Of a stretch of 64,000 bases of DNA, positions 28,547 through 40,315 are shown piece by piece. Each line of letters begins with the position of its first letter. The first letter of the stretch is position 1. The position numbers and the translations under genes are program-made. The notes beneath the pieces are model-generated. The model searched no databases, had not been told where the DNA came from, and worked only from the letters and a program-made list of their open reading frames with translations. This DNA comes from Patescibacteria group bacterium (GTDB lineage Bacteria > Patescibacteriota > Minisyncoccia > Phycocordibacterales > UBA9973). The stretch spans positions 183,206 through 247,205 of the forward strand of contig JAGWUB010000001.1 of assembly GCA_028868715.1 (NCBI GenBank), read 5' to 3'.

Positions 28547-29539
28547 ATGACAAAAATAATTAGAAAAATAAAAAAAGAGGATGGGTTTATGATACTGTTT
28601 GCAGTTACAGTTTCGGCCATACTCTTGTCTATCGCCCTAGGTATAGCCAACATAGCATTTAAGGAATTAAAATTTAATACTTCGGTAAAAGCTTCCAACG
28701 ACGCCTTCTTTTCTGCTGACACAGGAATTGAGTGTGCTCTTATAAACGACAAATCTACCAGCACCACCTTTACCAATGGAGGATCAGGAAGGCTAAATTG
28801 TTTAGGTGTAGGTATTCAGGCAACAGGAGCTTATCCAGCTTGGACGTTTACTATGTCTAGCCTTGGTTTCACTAATCAAGGCTGCTCTGTTGTGACTGTT
28901 ACAAAATCTACAAATGTAGATGGCACTATAGCCACAAAGATTGTTTCACTTGGTTACGACACCGGAGGAGGAGCTAGTAATGTGTGTCTTCCAACAGCAA
29001 GCAGTGTGGAACGTGAAATTAATACAAATTACAATAGTGGCTCTCCCACAGCACCGTCAGCTTTTAGTGGCATCACAAACATAAAAGTAACTGTAAATAA
29101 TGGATTACAGGGCTATAGTAGGATAGTTGAAGTAGAGGCTTGGGGAAGTGGTACTAATTATGCTCTAACCGGAACAGCTTCTTCATCTGGAGATTTCTCT
29201 TCAGGGTATCCGGTTAGTTCAATCATAAATGGAGATAGGAGGGGAGTTGGATGGGGCTCTGGTACCGGTGGCTGGAATGACAATACCTCTAATTCTTGGC
29301 CCGATACTGCTACAATTACTTTCTCTTCACCTAAAACCTTAAATGAGATAGATGTGTATACCTTAGCAGATGGTTTTCCTTTGGCTAGTGATCCTGGACC
29401 CTCAGACACATTTACCCTGTATGGAATTACAAATTTTAATGTTCAATATTCAAAAGACAATGGTCTTACCTGGGCTGACGTTCCAGGGAGCCCGGTTAGT
29501 TCTAATAATTTAATTTGGAAAAAATTTACCTTGCAATAA
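28547..29539 (+). CDS. Large minor pilin-like protein (PilX/tip-associated?)
   Basis: Hydrophobic N-terminus 'DGFMILFAVTVSAILLSIALG' followed by a 300-aa Gly/Ser/Thr-rich beta domain. Confidence 0.45.
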   Translation: MTKIIRKIKKEDGFMILFAVTVSAILLSIALGIANIAFKELKFNTSVKASNDAFFSADTGIECALINDKSTSTTFTNGGSGRLNCLGVGIQATGAYPAWTFTMSSLGFTNQGCSVVTVTKSTNVDGTIATKIVSLGYDTGGGASNVCLPTASSVEREINTNYNSGSPTAPSAFSGITNIKVTVNNGLQGYSRIVEVEAWGSGTNYALTGTASSSGDFSSGYPVSSIINGDRRGVGWGSGTGGWNDNTSNSWPDTATITFSSPKTLNEIDVYTLADGFPLASDPGPSDTFTLYGITNFNVQYSKDNGLTWADVPGSPVSSNNLIWKKFTLQ

Positions 29540-29579
29540 ATATTGATTTAAATCAATAAATAGTTCAGAATCTGTATAA

Positions 29580-31625
<2,046 letters not shown>

Positions 31626-31741
31626 CCTAGTATAAATTTTCCTAAAAAAGGAGTATAATTAGGGTATAAGGATAAATAATTATAGCCGATATTAAAGGTC
31701 GAATATTATAATATTATTTATTATCACTCTAACTAGAAAAT

Positions 31742-31996
31742 ATGAATAAAAACAAAATTGGGCTTGTTTTAGGTTCTTTTGCGGGGTTGTTTCACTTGGT
31801 TTGGGGCTTACTGATTGCTTTTGGAATGGCACAAGTTTTACTTGATTTTATATATAATTTGCATTCCTTAAACAATCCATTTGTGGTGATGCCGTTCAAT
31901 TTATTGCGCACACTAGGCTTGGTCATTTTCACCTTCATTATGGGCTATATCTTTGGTTATGTTTTTGCTTTTCTTTGGAATAAATTTCATAAATAA
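31742..31996 (+). CDS. Hypothetical small membrane protein
   Basis: 84 aa with two to three TM helices. Confidence 0.35.
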   Translation: MNKNKIGLVLGSFAGLFHLVWGLLIAFGMAQVLLDFIYNLHSLNNPFVVMPFNLLRTLGLVIFTFIMGYIFGYVFAFLWNKFHK

Positions 31997-31998
31997 TT

Positions 31999-32505
31999 AT
32001 GGCAACAAATAAACAAAAAATTGCAGCAAAAAAGAATATAAAAAAGGCGCAAGCTAAATGGAAAAGTATGACTCACAGGCAACATGCCTTAGCTCAACCA
32101 CAAGGCAGGATGCGCCAGAAGCCGGGTACGACTGGCAAGGGGAAGTTTTACCGCGTAGAAGTTCGCCCTAAAAGTGATTTCACTTCATTTCGTATTCAAG
32201 ACGTGGGAAAGAAGGGTGGACTAGAAAGACTTGCTGGGAGGCGTAGCAGTGGTAGCTGGGGAACCGTAGCGTGGTTAGTCAGCAAAAAAGATGCTCACGT
32301 TACCAAGGACAAGAAACTAGTAATTGACGACATAAAAGCCAAGAGTTTCTTAAAGCAAATTCGAGGCAAGATTAAGCACGTGAAAGGAGACATTTTTAAA
32401 GCGCATCCTCTTAAAAATATAGCTGAAAGCGCTAAACCAACTCCAAAGCAACGCAAAGCACAAAAAGCTAATATTAAAAAAGCACAGAAAGCTAGATGGA
32501 AATAA
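31999..32505 (+). CDS. Hypothetical basic protein with KKAQ(K)A...W termini
   Basis: 168 aa and lysine-rich, with a repeated 'IKKAQ.KW(K)' at both ends. Its GC is intermediate between host and element. Confidence 0.4.
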   Translation: MATNKQKIAAKKNIKKAQAKWKSMTHRQHALAQPQGRMRQKPGTTGKGKFYRVEVRPKSDFTSFRIQDVGKKGGLERLAGRRSSGSWGTVAWLVSKKDAHVTKDKKLVIDDIKAKSFLKQIRGKIKHVKGDIFKAHPLKNIAESAKPTPKQRKAQKANIKKAQKARWK

Positions 32506-32951
32506 ATTCTTTTTTAAAAAATGCGGAGTCTGGTGGACGATGTTAGAACCTATTGGCAGACCACTGCGGACAGGTTTTTCATCCCCAGACTGTCATTAGA
32601 GTCAGCACAGATAGTATAGTATTTTCTGGTCTATTCAGTACAGTCCTGTACTGGTACATACCTACCAACAGTAGCACCCGTGCAACTTTTGACATATACG
32701 TGTCATATCATTGTCAGGGTGTCTTTTTGGGTCAAAGACAGTGTGCTTACTATATCCTGTTATAGCTCGGCATAACCGAATCACCGATTTTACTACGAGA
32801 GTTATACAGAAGCATACAAAAGGGCGTACTCCCGTCTCTCTTGCCCTCAATTTTGTGAAAACTGGGAATGGGTGGTGGGTGTTTTCCTTTTGACTTTTGC
32901 GCGGGCGGCGGGGACACCCTCTCCAAGTTGAGCCTTTTTACCCGAAAACTT

Positions 32952-35546
32952 TTATGCCTGGCGAACTGCTATGTCTTTTATCTGCTGAATGTCGGTTTTG
33001 AGTTTGGCGATGTCTGGTGCTGCGTGCTGAACCATCTCATCGGATTGATTATGTGCCTCTATGTACCTGCTGAACTCTTCGTGTAGTTGTTTCGCTTTAT
33101 CCAGCTTTTCACGACTCAAGCTCGCGCGGGTAGCGTTGTGCATCTGAATCTGGTCAGACCAGCGCGTAATAACTCTGCCGAAGATTCTTTCTTCAACCGC
33201 TTTCTCGACCGCTCTACGTAACATCCCGTAGGTGCCTCTGATGCCGTCCGCTTGAGCTTCGCCAGTGAGAGTTTCAAGCTCAAGAACTTTTGCCTCAACT
33301 TTTTGAATGTAAGCATCGAACTTTACCGAACCAGGATAGTAGTTTTGTGTTACCACACCGACTCTGGCGGCTTCCGAATGAAGGTCGTGAAAGGCGGCTT
33401 TGGCTGGGTCAATGTTTCCGTCATTGTTTTCAACCTGGTCGTGAAGATAACTCGCAAACATCAAGTCGTGAGTGAAAACCACAATCTGCCGCGCTTCGGA
33501 TTCTTGTACGATTCTTTTTGCGATTCTCTCTTTTCTGTCGTGGTCAAAACTTGTAGCGGGGTCATCGAAAATCACTGGTGCGTGCTCGGTTTGCATTGAA
33601 AGCTCGGCAAAGAAATCCGAGAGGGCGACGGCTTTCTGTTCTCCCTCGCTCAAGAATTGGTCTATGCCGTCCAACCCTTCCATATTCTTTGCCCGCATCT
33701 GCGAGCCGTACTCTCCGCGAAACTCAAGATTGACTCCTGGCGCGTCGAGGTCTGCCGCTTCTTTTTGAAACTGTGCTTTGAACGAATCGGATACCAATTC
33801 ACGCCAGGCTTTCTTGCCCAGGTCGGTTGTCGGCTTCGTGTTGAGTTTGTTTGCCTGCAATGGAGATGCCTTTTCTATCCACCGCTCGATTGCGATGTAC
33901 TTCTCGACTTGTGGTCGGTGTTTTGAAAACTTTTGAATGTCTTGCAGCTCCGCTATTTCCTTATCGAGTGCCTGGGACTTTTTGAAAAGGTTGCGTTGCG
34001 ACTCTTCAAGGGTTTTTATGTCCGCTTCAACTTTAGCTCTCGCTTTGCGGATGCTGGAGATAATGCCAGAGGTTTTTACTGGTTGGAACTTCTGCGGCTT
34101 CTTGTTTTTCAAAGAAGATGCCACTTTTTGAGCCAAGCTGTCAGCCTCGGTCAATGCGGCGAATGCGGTAGCGACCGTTCGCTTCTGCAAAAACTTTTCA
34201 AAATCTTCCTGTCCGTATGGAAAGTCGTCTGCAAAGGAGGAGTTCTCCAAATCGTTCAGTGCCCCGTTGAGTTTCTCCTCAACATCTTCAATGTCGGATG
34301 TTTCTTCTTCTTGGAAAAGTTCTCGGTAAAGCTGAATGAGTTTCTGTGCTCCTTTCGAGAGTTTCTGCTGGCAGTATATGCAGCGGTCATCGTCTCCTGG
34401 GTATTCGTCGTGCTCGGCGATGCGGATGTAATCCTCTCCAGCATCAATAAACTTTTCCCACTCGTCCGATTCCTTTTCCGCTATGTCGTAATCCTCAAGA
34501 GTCTTGCCCTTCTTTACTGCTTGCTTCTTTTTGAGCTGGGCAAACTTTTTTACCAAGCCGAAATACACTCTGATGTTTTGAGCGGACAAGTCGGACTGTA
34601 CTTGCGCAAGGGCATCTTCCAACGCCTTGAGTTTTTGGTTTCGCGTTCGCAGAATCTCCGACTGTTGGTCGAGATTTTGTAGTCCTTTCCTTTCTTTTGT
34701 TTTATCCGTAAGAGCTTTTTGCGCTTTTGCATCCCAGGCTGGAAGTTTATTCAAATCATCCGATTTTGTACTTGCCGTTATTCCTGCAACAAACTTTCCG
34801 ATTGAAGTTTCCTCATTGAAAATGTCGTCAATCAAAGGCTTGTCGTTCGCGGTATTCCTGATGTCTTCCGCCAGACGTTCTTGCAGCCCCTGCATTGACG
34901 TTGAGAGAGCCTGGAACAGCTCGAAGCCGTAGGGCTGGTAGGAGAAGCCGAGACTTTTATTCAAATAGATTGGGATGCACTTTCCGTCGAAAACCGCCAT
35001 CTGGTCAAAGGGAGCAAGTCTGCTTTCGCCACTCCATTGGCAGACAGTATCGGTGGCACCATTCGCATATTGTATTTTCGCTTTGCAGCGATTTTGAGAT
35101 TTTGTGCTGTGGACATTTTGCCATACGTCTTCCTGCGTTCTTGAGCCAGCAACTCTTTTGAGTATTCGTACAAAACCAGACTTGCCGCTTCCGTTCTTGC
35201 CATACACGACCGTCAGCTTCGGATGAAATGGAATCGTCGCCCCACGTTCAAGCGCATTCACACCGCTTTCGTGCTGCAAACTTTTGAGCGCAAATCCGTT
35301 CGTAGCAGCGGTTCTTTGAGCGGGTACGATTGGCGCTGCTGGCTCTGCTTCTCCAGCTTTCTTTTCCTGCAACTTGTGAACGATTAGAAACTGCTTGTAG
35401 ATTTCGTCGAGGAACGCTTCATCTGGAATCGCACGCGACAACAAAACCCTTCCGATAAGGGACTTGAGCCATTCTTCGCCGCTCTGATTTGCCAGCTCTT
35501 GCAGGTAATCATCGGCTTTCAGTTTTTTGCTTGTTGTCATAGTCAT
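32952..35546 (-). CDS. Large ABC-type ATPase with coiled-coil CxxC zinc hook and extra C-terminal domain (RloC/PrrC-like anticodon-nuclease candidate)
   Basis: Walker A 'GKNGSGKS' near residue 117, a long coiled coil and 'DDDRCIYCQQ' at mid-protein. Signature 'LSEGEQ', Walker B 'VIFDDP' and H-loop 'FTHD'. A C-terminal domain of about 185 aa carries an R-x3-E...H pattern. Confidence 0.5.
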   Translation of the reverse strand: MTMTTSKKLKADDYLQELANQSGEEWLKSLIGRVLLSRAIPDEAFLDEIYKQFLIVHKLQEKKAGEAEPAAPIVPAQRTAATNGFALKSLQHESGVNALERGATIPFHPKLTVVYGKNGSGKSGFVRILKRVAGSRTQEDVWQNVHSTKSQNRCKAKIQYANGATDTVCQWSGESRLAPFDQMAVFDGKCIPIYLNKSLGFSYQPYGFELFQALSTSMQGLQERLAEDIRNTANDKPLIDDIFNEETSIGKFVAGITASTKSDDLNKLPAWDAKAQKALTDKTKERKGLQNLDQQSEILRTRNQKLKALEDALAQVQSDLSAQNIRVYFGLVKKFAQLKKKQAVKKGKTLEDYDIAEKESDEWEKFIDAGEDYIRIAEHDEYPGDDDRCIYCQQKLSKGAQKLIQLYRELFQEEETSDIEDVEEKLNGALNDLENSSFADDFPYGQEDFEKFLQKRTVATAFAALTEADSLAQKVASSLKNKKPQKFQPVKTSGIISSIRKARAKVEADIKTLEESQRNLFKKSQALDKEIAELQDIQKFSKHRPQVEKYIAIERWIEKASPLQANKLNTKPTTDLGKKAWRELVSDSFKAQFQKEAADLDAPGVNLEFRGEYGSQMRAKNMEGLDGIDQFLSEGEQKAVALSDFFAELSMQTEHAPVIFDDPATSFDHDRKERIAKRIVQESEARQIVVFTHDLMFASYLHDQVENNDGNIDPAKAAFHDLHSEAARVGVVTQNYYPGSVKFDAYIQKVEAKVLELETLTGEAQADGIRGTYGMLRRAVEKAVEERIFGRVITRWSDQIQMHNATRASLSREKLDKAKQLHEEFSRYIEAHNQSDEMVQHAAPDIAKLKTDIQQIKDIAVRQA

Positions 35547-35569
35547 TTTGTATCTTCATAGTCGGGATT

Positions 35570-35974
35570 CTACTTTATCAATCGGCTCACTTTGCTCGTA
35601 ACTTTTTCGGGGTGTTTTTTTATGAACGACCCCCAAAACCTTACCACTTTGTACCCTTGTTTCTTGAGTATCCTGTTTTGCTTTTTGTCCCGCTCAATGT
35701 TCGCAGCTATTTTCACTTTCCAAAACGGCGGCACTTTGCCGACCCAATGTTGAAAATCCTTCCCGTGCCAGAAGTCTCCATCCGCGAAAATGGCAATCTT
35801 ACTTTTTGGAAAAACAATGTCTGGTTTTCCAGGAAGATTCTTTACGTTTTTTCTGTATCGTTCCGTACCCCAAAACACTTTGATGCACTTCGTCAGATGC
35901 GCCTCAATGTCTGTCTTCGAGCTTTTGACTCGGGACATTATGTCGCTTCTTTTTGTTTTGGTGAAAATGTCCAT
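35570..35974 (-). CDS. vsr: Very short patch repair endonuclease
   Basis: 'RSDIMSRVKS', 'LPGKPDIVFP' and 'IFADGDFWHG' Vsr motifs. Confidence 0.85.
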   Translation of the reverse strand: MDIFTKTKRSDIMSRVKSSKTDIEAHLTKCIKVFWGTERYRKNVKNLPGKPDIVFPKSKIAIFADGDFWHGKDFQHWVGKVPPFWKVKIAANIERDKKQNRILKKQGYKVVRFWGSFIKKHPEKVTSKVSRLIK

Positions 35975-35980
35975 CGCGCA

Positions 35981-37060
35981 TCATTTTATGAACCTTATTT
36001 GAAGGGTTAGCTTGATAAAAAGAGAATCATTTTCCTGGTAGACTTTTCCGAATCCGTAACGAGTGGTGCTCGGCGTATCAAAGCGTGTGTTTTTGAACAG
36101 ATATGCCCTAAAAGCGTCCGCGTTGTATACGTGATAACAAACCATCTCCCCATCTTCGCGGACTATGATGTAACCGCCGTGCGCTCGCAAAAGACCGTCC
36201 CAGGCGGTATCGGGAACCATACCGAGAGCCACGTTGTGAAGAAGACTTTTTACTTTGAACTCATAGTCGGAGCGGTCGAGGTCGAAACTCAAAATGTTGG
36301 TTTCACCATTTCCGAGGTTTGCTATCAGTTCTGGCAAACCAGAACCTTTACCGAGATAAAAAGCCAGCAATAACTGCGCGACAATTTCTGGGAGAACCGT
36401 ATCAACGCGCCGAAGATTTCTGGTGAAAGTATCCGAGCTGATGCCATAGTATGAAAAACTGCCACCAGCGGCGACAATCGCGGAAAGTCTGTCTCTTACT
36501 TTCGAGCGGGTATCAATGGCGTTTATTTTCGCAATTTGTTCTTCGCTCAAACCTTCAATCTTGTAGACAAAGTTTGTAGCTGCGGAAGGATTCAGCAACG
36601 TAGACGCGGCACCCAGCATTGATTTGATACTGAAACCGACTTCTGGTTCGGTGCCAGTAACGTGGTCGTGAATCTTCAACGTGATGTCTTCTTTTCTGGC
36701 ATTGCCAGCATTCAATCGGGTAGCGTGGAAACGAGTCATCAAAGAATCCGCTACTGGAATCGAAAAAGTTGACTCGGCACCGTCTCTTATCGCTTGGAAA
36801 ACCTCTACAACTTTTGTTTTCAAATCGGAGCTATCAACGAGTGCTACTTCCGTACCAGCCTGGATGATTTTCACCTTGTTGTCTTCGACGAACTCATAAT
36901 CCATTCTGCCAGCCGCTTCCTCTCTGATGATTTTCAGCACAGGATAGAATATGTCCTGAATCTTCTGGAGATTTTCGTCAGCACCATTGAGCTGCTTTTC
37001 CGCAAGCAGTTTGATGAAAGTGTAGAACTCGCTCCATTCTCCTTTGTTTCCTTTTATCAT
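35981..37060 (-). CDS. Type II restriction endonuclease (partner of adjacent C5-MTase; HpaII-like family suspected)
   Basis: 359 aa. Its start overlaps the MTase stop by 4 bp (ATGA). It sits between a C5-MTase and vsr, and the family assignment comes from recall only. Confidence 0.45.
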   Translation of the reverse strand: MIKGNKGEWSEFYTFIKLLAEKQLNGADENLQKIQDIFYPVLKIIREEAAGRMDYEFVEDNKVKIIQAGTEVALVDSSDLKTKVVEVFQAIRDGAESTFSIPVADSLMTRFHATRLNAGNARKEDITLKIHDHVTGTEPEVGFSIKSMLGAASTLLNPSAATNFVYKIEGLSEEQIAKINAIDTRSKVRDRLSAIVAAGGSFSYYGISSDTFTRNLRRVDTVLPEIVAQLLLAFYLGKGSGLPELIANLGNGETNILSFDLDRSDYEFKVKSLLHNVALGMVPDTAWDGLLRAHGGYIIVREDGEMVCYHVYNADAFRAYLFKNTRFDTPSTTRYGFGKVYQENDSLFIKLTLQIRFIK

Positions 37061-37941
37061 AGTAGTTGAAGTGATTTTACTATCTGTGCGGCAGTCGCCT
37101 GAATGGCGGGAACCGCGACCGCGTTTCCAAGCTGTTTCATTGCCTGGACATCCGATACGGGAAAAACAAAACTGGCTGGGAAGCCCATCATCTTCCTGCC
37201 TTCTTTCGGAGAAAGTCTACGAACCTTTCCGTCCACCATATAGGCGTCCCAATTCCTTCTGTCTTTTATGTCCGAGCCTCTTCCTCCGACCCGCAGAGTG
37301 TATCCGATTGTTTTTTCAGCTTTCCCGCCGAATATGTCGGACATTGTTTTCGTCAACTTCACGGGCTTGGGGAACTCGAAGGGTGTGTTTTTATTCTTGA
37401 ATCCGACCATAAAAAGCCGTGCACGGTGCTGTGGCACACCGTGGTCGGAAGCTCGAACTATCTGGTAGTGAAATGAGTAATCCAAGTCTTCCTCAATGAT
37501 TCTTTTTATTGTTGCGAATGTTTTACCGTCATCGTGTTTGAAGAGATGACTCACGTTTTCCAGGAAAAAGGCATCGGGTTTTTTCTCTTTGATAATCCTT
37601 ACGATGTCGTGAAATAACGTACCCCTTGAATCGGCAAACCCTTTTTTGAATCCCGCATTGCTGAACGGTTGGCAAGGAAAACCAGCGGTTAGGATATGAA
37701 AATCGGGAATCTTCTTTGCATCCACTTTGGTTATGTCTCCTGCAAAGTTTCCGTTTTTGAAAATCTCTGGTTCCACTTTTTTGAAATTGGCTTCGTAAGT
37801 TTTCCGTGCGCGGTCATCCCATTCGCTCACGAAAACACACTGCCCGCCGAGGTTATGAAAAGCCAGATGAAAACCGCCTATTCCAGCGAATAGGTCTATG
37901 AAGGTGAACTTTGGTTTTGATTGTCTTTTTGTCATAGTCAT
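37057..37941 (-). CDS. dcm: DNA (cytosine-5)-methyltransferase
   Basis: Motif I 'FAGIGG', motif IV 'PCQPFS', 'ENV', and a late 'LGNAV' motif. Confidence 0.85.
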   Translation of the reverse strand: MTMTKRQSKPKFTFIDLFAGIGGFHLAFHNLGGQCVFVSEWDDRARKTYEANFKKVEPEIFKNGNFAGDITKVDAKKIPDFHILTAGFPCQPFSNAGFKKGFADSRGTLFHDIVRIIKEKKPDAFFLENVSHLFKHDDGKTFATIKRIIEEDLDYSFHYQIVRASDHGVPQHRARLFMVGFKNKNTPFEFPKPVKLTKTMSDIFGGKAEKTIGYTLRVGGRGSDIKDRRNWDAYMVDGKVRRLSPKEGRKMMGFPASFVFPVSDVQAMKQLGNAVAVPAIQATAAQIVKSLQLL

Positions 37942-37954
37942 TGTTTATGGAGAG

Positions 37955-38131
37955 TTACTTTTTCGGTTCGCTCCTACCGTGTTTCAAGAAGTCTTTTACG
38001 TCCTGGTCGGTAAAGCGCCACTTACCGCGCTTTGAACCCTTGAGCCAACCCTTTTGTAGATACCGAAACAGCGTTCTTTCTTTCACGCCGAGTATCTTCT
38101 CCAAGTCTTGCAGTGTGTAGGTTTTTATCAT
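37955..38131 (-). CDS. Small helix-turn-helix DNA-binding protein (excisionase/AlpA-type HTH_17; possible controller of the R-M operon)
   Basis: 58 aa reading 'MIKTYTLQDLEKILGVKERTLFRYLQKGWLKGSKRGKWRFTDQDVKDFLKHG'. Not in the ORF track because it is shorter than 60 aa. Confidence 0.55.
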   Translation of the reverse strand: MIKTYTLQDLEKILGVKERTLFRYLQKGWLKGSKRGKWRFTDQDVKDFLKHGRSEPKK

Positions 38132-38208
38132 AAAAGTTTTGACTTGATGATGTCTTTATTCTACACTGGAGGTAAGAATAAGGCAACTTTTGACAGGGTG
38201 CCTTATCA

Positions 38209-38871
38209 ATGACAATGATTATGAACGACAAACTCACAAAAGTTATCGGCTTGATTCAGGAGGGACTAAAATACAGCGATGCCGAAGACAATCGGGTATC
38301 GGAAGACGGCGTGCAAGATTACGGAATTGATAAGGTTGAGCTGTACGAGGATACGCTTCGCTCGGCAGGACTATCGAGAGAAGACATTTACGGAATCTTG
38401 AAGAATCTTCGGAATGATGGAGTAATAAAACTCCAGCAGGTATTTTACGCTCCAGAACGAACACCCTCAAACTACGAGAATAGACCGAGATACAAAGTTC
38501 CAGCCGACGATGAGTACAAATTGCCAGTCTATGTTTTGCATATCAACCGAGAGAAATTGCAGCCCTCAAACTCAAACGAACCCTTCTCCTTTGACGCAGA
38601 GACTGGGCTGCTGCACTTTCAAGGTAAAACGTGCGAGTTGCCCCTCAAGCAATTTGAATACTACGTAATCAAGGCTTTGACTGCTCAACCAATCGGTAAG
38701 CACGTAGAGGAAGCAGACATCGAAGAGATAATTGATGCGCTCGGAGCGGACGGCAGCAAGTCGAGGGTCTATGACACGCGCCGCCGCATCAACAAACGAG
38801 TGAAAGAAGAATTGGGTATTGAAAACTTGGTTGGTTATTCAAACTCAACTTATTGGATAAACCAACCTTGA
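38209..38871 (+). CDS. Hypothetical protein with C-terminal OmpR/PhoB-type winged-helix
   Basis: C-terminal '...SRVYDTRRRINKRVKEELGIENLVGYSNSTYWIN'. Confidence 0.4.
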   Translation: MTMIMNDKLTKVIGLIQEGLKYSDAEDNRVSEDGVQDYGIDKVELYEDTLRSAGLSREDIYGILKNLRNDGVIKLQQVFYAPERTPSNYENRPRYKVPADDEYKLPVYVLHINREKLQPSNSNEPFSFDAETGLLHFQGKTCELPLKQFEYYVIKALTAQPIGKHVEEADIEEIIDALGADGSKSRVYDTRRRINKRVKEELGIENLVGYSNSTYWINQP

Positions 38872-38961
38872 GTAAAATCCGACTCGGAATGAGTCGGTAA
38901 GTTTCCATAGTCATAGGAATAGGCTTGAAGAAAGCCTGTTTTTATTTTGGCTTGAAAAGTT

Positions 38962-39216
38962 ATGACGATGACTGGAAACAATACAAGTGATTCGTTCCGC
39001 ACCGCAGACCTCTCACTGGTCGCGGCACTTTGCGTTTCTGGTTTTGTCGTAGAAGAGATGGAGAGAGTAAGTCCTACTCGGTCGGTCTTCATCTTCCAAA
39101 GCTCCGCCGAGCTGCACGAAACAGAGAAACGTTACTGGCGGGGAGATTTACGAATTGAGCCGCAAGCCTTCTTCAACCAACTCAAAATCTTGAAGGCGCG
39201 CATCTACGAGCGATGA
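38962..39216 (+). CDS. Small hypothetical protein (DUF5659-like pattern)
   Basis: 84 aa with a 'FRTADLSLVAALCVSGF...IFQSSAEL' pattern, recognised from recall only. Confidence 0.35.
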   Translation: MTMTGNNTSDSFRTADLSLVAALCVSGFVVEEMERVSPTRSVFIFQSSAELHETEKRYWRGDLRIEPQAFFNQLKILKARIYER

Positions 39217-39369
39217 TTTCCGAACAAGCAATAAAGGATTTCAAAGCCATCTGGAAAAAACAGTTTGGCGAAGAGATTTCGGATGAAAAAGCAACCGAAG
39301 AGGCTTTGAACTTTTTGCGCTTTCTCGACATCATCTATCGCCCTGTTCGTAAACAATGGGTCGAAGACT

Positions 39370-40311
39370 ATGACAATGGAACACATCGGCGACAACCTAA
39401 AAAAGTATAGTTTTGAGCAACCTGCGTCCCGACCGCAGGAAAGTTCAAAAAAGGAACCTGCAAAGGAGCCTTTTATTCCTTTTCCGCGTTTTCTGGTGGA
39501 GCATTACCGTAACCACCTCATAACCTATCGTGAGCTTGAGCTACATAACTGGATGCGACTTCACGCCAATATGTTCGGCATTGCGAGCGTAAATGTGCAC
39601 GCGATGCTTGATGATTTGCCGCACTTCAAAAGCGTTGACCGCATCACAAAAGTATTGAGGTCGCTGCGCCGCAAGAAGTACATACACTACCAGGAGCGAA
39701 AGGGACGCCGAGGTACATTCGAGGTGCGATTTGACCATTGGCTGCTAAAAGGCGGCAAAGTTCAGACTCTCGATAGATACTTTGAGCAGGAGAAAGTCCG
39801 AGGTGAAAGCGGAACCAAAGCCACAGGTGCAGCGGAAGCAACACCGTCTTTTAGTGGTCAAAGTCCGAGGTTGAACGAGCAGGAACACCCCGTAAATACG
39901 GGGGCAAACTCTTTTATGAACAACCGCTTTGTCCGAGGTGATAAGAACGATAATAAGATTGAAACAAAAGAAATAAAGACATCTTCGTCGTCGAGCACTT
40001 TTAGGGGGGAAGCAAAAGGAAGCAGAGTGGCAACTCGCGACTTTGTGCCACAATCCGACGCCGAAGAACGATGCAAACGAATCGCGATTGAAGTCGGCGA
40101 CGAGTACATCAATTTTATTTTGAGCAAGTTGAAACACAAGGACGGCGGCATTGAAGTTATTGAGAATGCGTTTCAAGCCTACCAAGATGTTTTGCGAATC
40201 GCCGAAGAGAAGGGCGACATTGAACCGATAAAAAACCTTCCCGCCTTTTTCAATAGGTGCGTCAAAGACGCCATAGAGGAAAACCAGATGAAAAAGTCTG
40301 GCAGATGGTAA
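39370..40311 (+). CDS. Hypothetical protein (possible winged-helix replication/DNA-binding protein)
   Basis: 313 aa with an N-terminal wH-like segment 'ITYRELELHNWMRLHANMFGIASV'. Confidence 0.35.
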   Translation: MTMEHIGDNLKKYSFEQPASRPQESSKKEPAKEPFIPFPRFLVEHYRNHLITYRELELHNWMRLHANMFGIASVNVHAMLDDLPHFKSVDRITKVLRSLRRKKYIHYQERKGRRGTFEVRFDHWLLKGGKVQTLDRYFEQEKVRGESGTKATGAAEATPSFSGQSPRLNEQEHPVNTGANSFMNNRFVRGDKNDNKIETKEIKTSSSSSTFRGEAKGSRVATRDFVPQSDAEERCKRIAIEVGDEYINFILSKLKHKDGGIEVIENAFQAYQDVLRIAEEKGDIEPIKNLPAFFNRCVKDAIEENQMKKSGRW

Positions 40312-40315
40312 CGAT

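Noticed and set aside
32520-32560. Direct repeat of the tRNA-Ser(GGA) 3' end marking the left att site
   Set aside because: Only a 6-nt 'gcggag' match was found. Serine-recombinase sites need no long repeat, so the left boundary cannot be fixed from sequence alone.
33933-34682. 249-aa plus-strand ORF inside the ATPase gene, together with other antisense ORFs in 33100-35200
   Set aside because: It is antisense to a well-supported 864-aa gene in GC-rich DNA, where long antisense ORFs arise by chance. No motifs were found.
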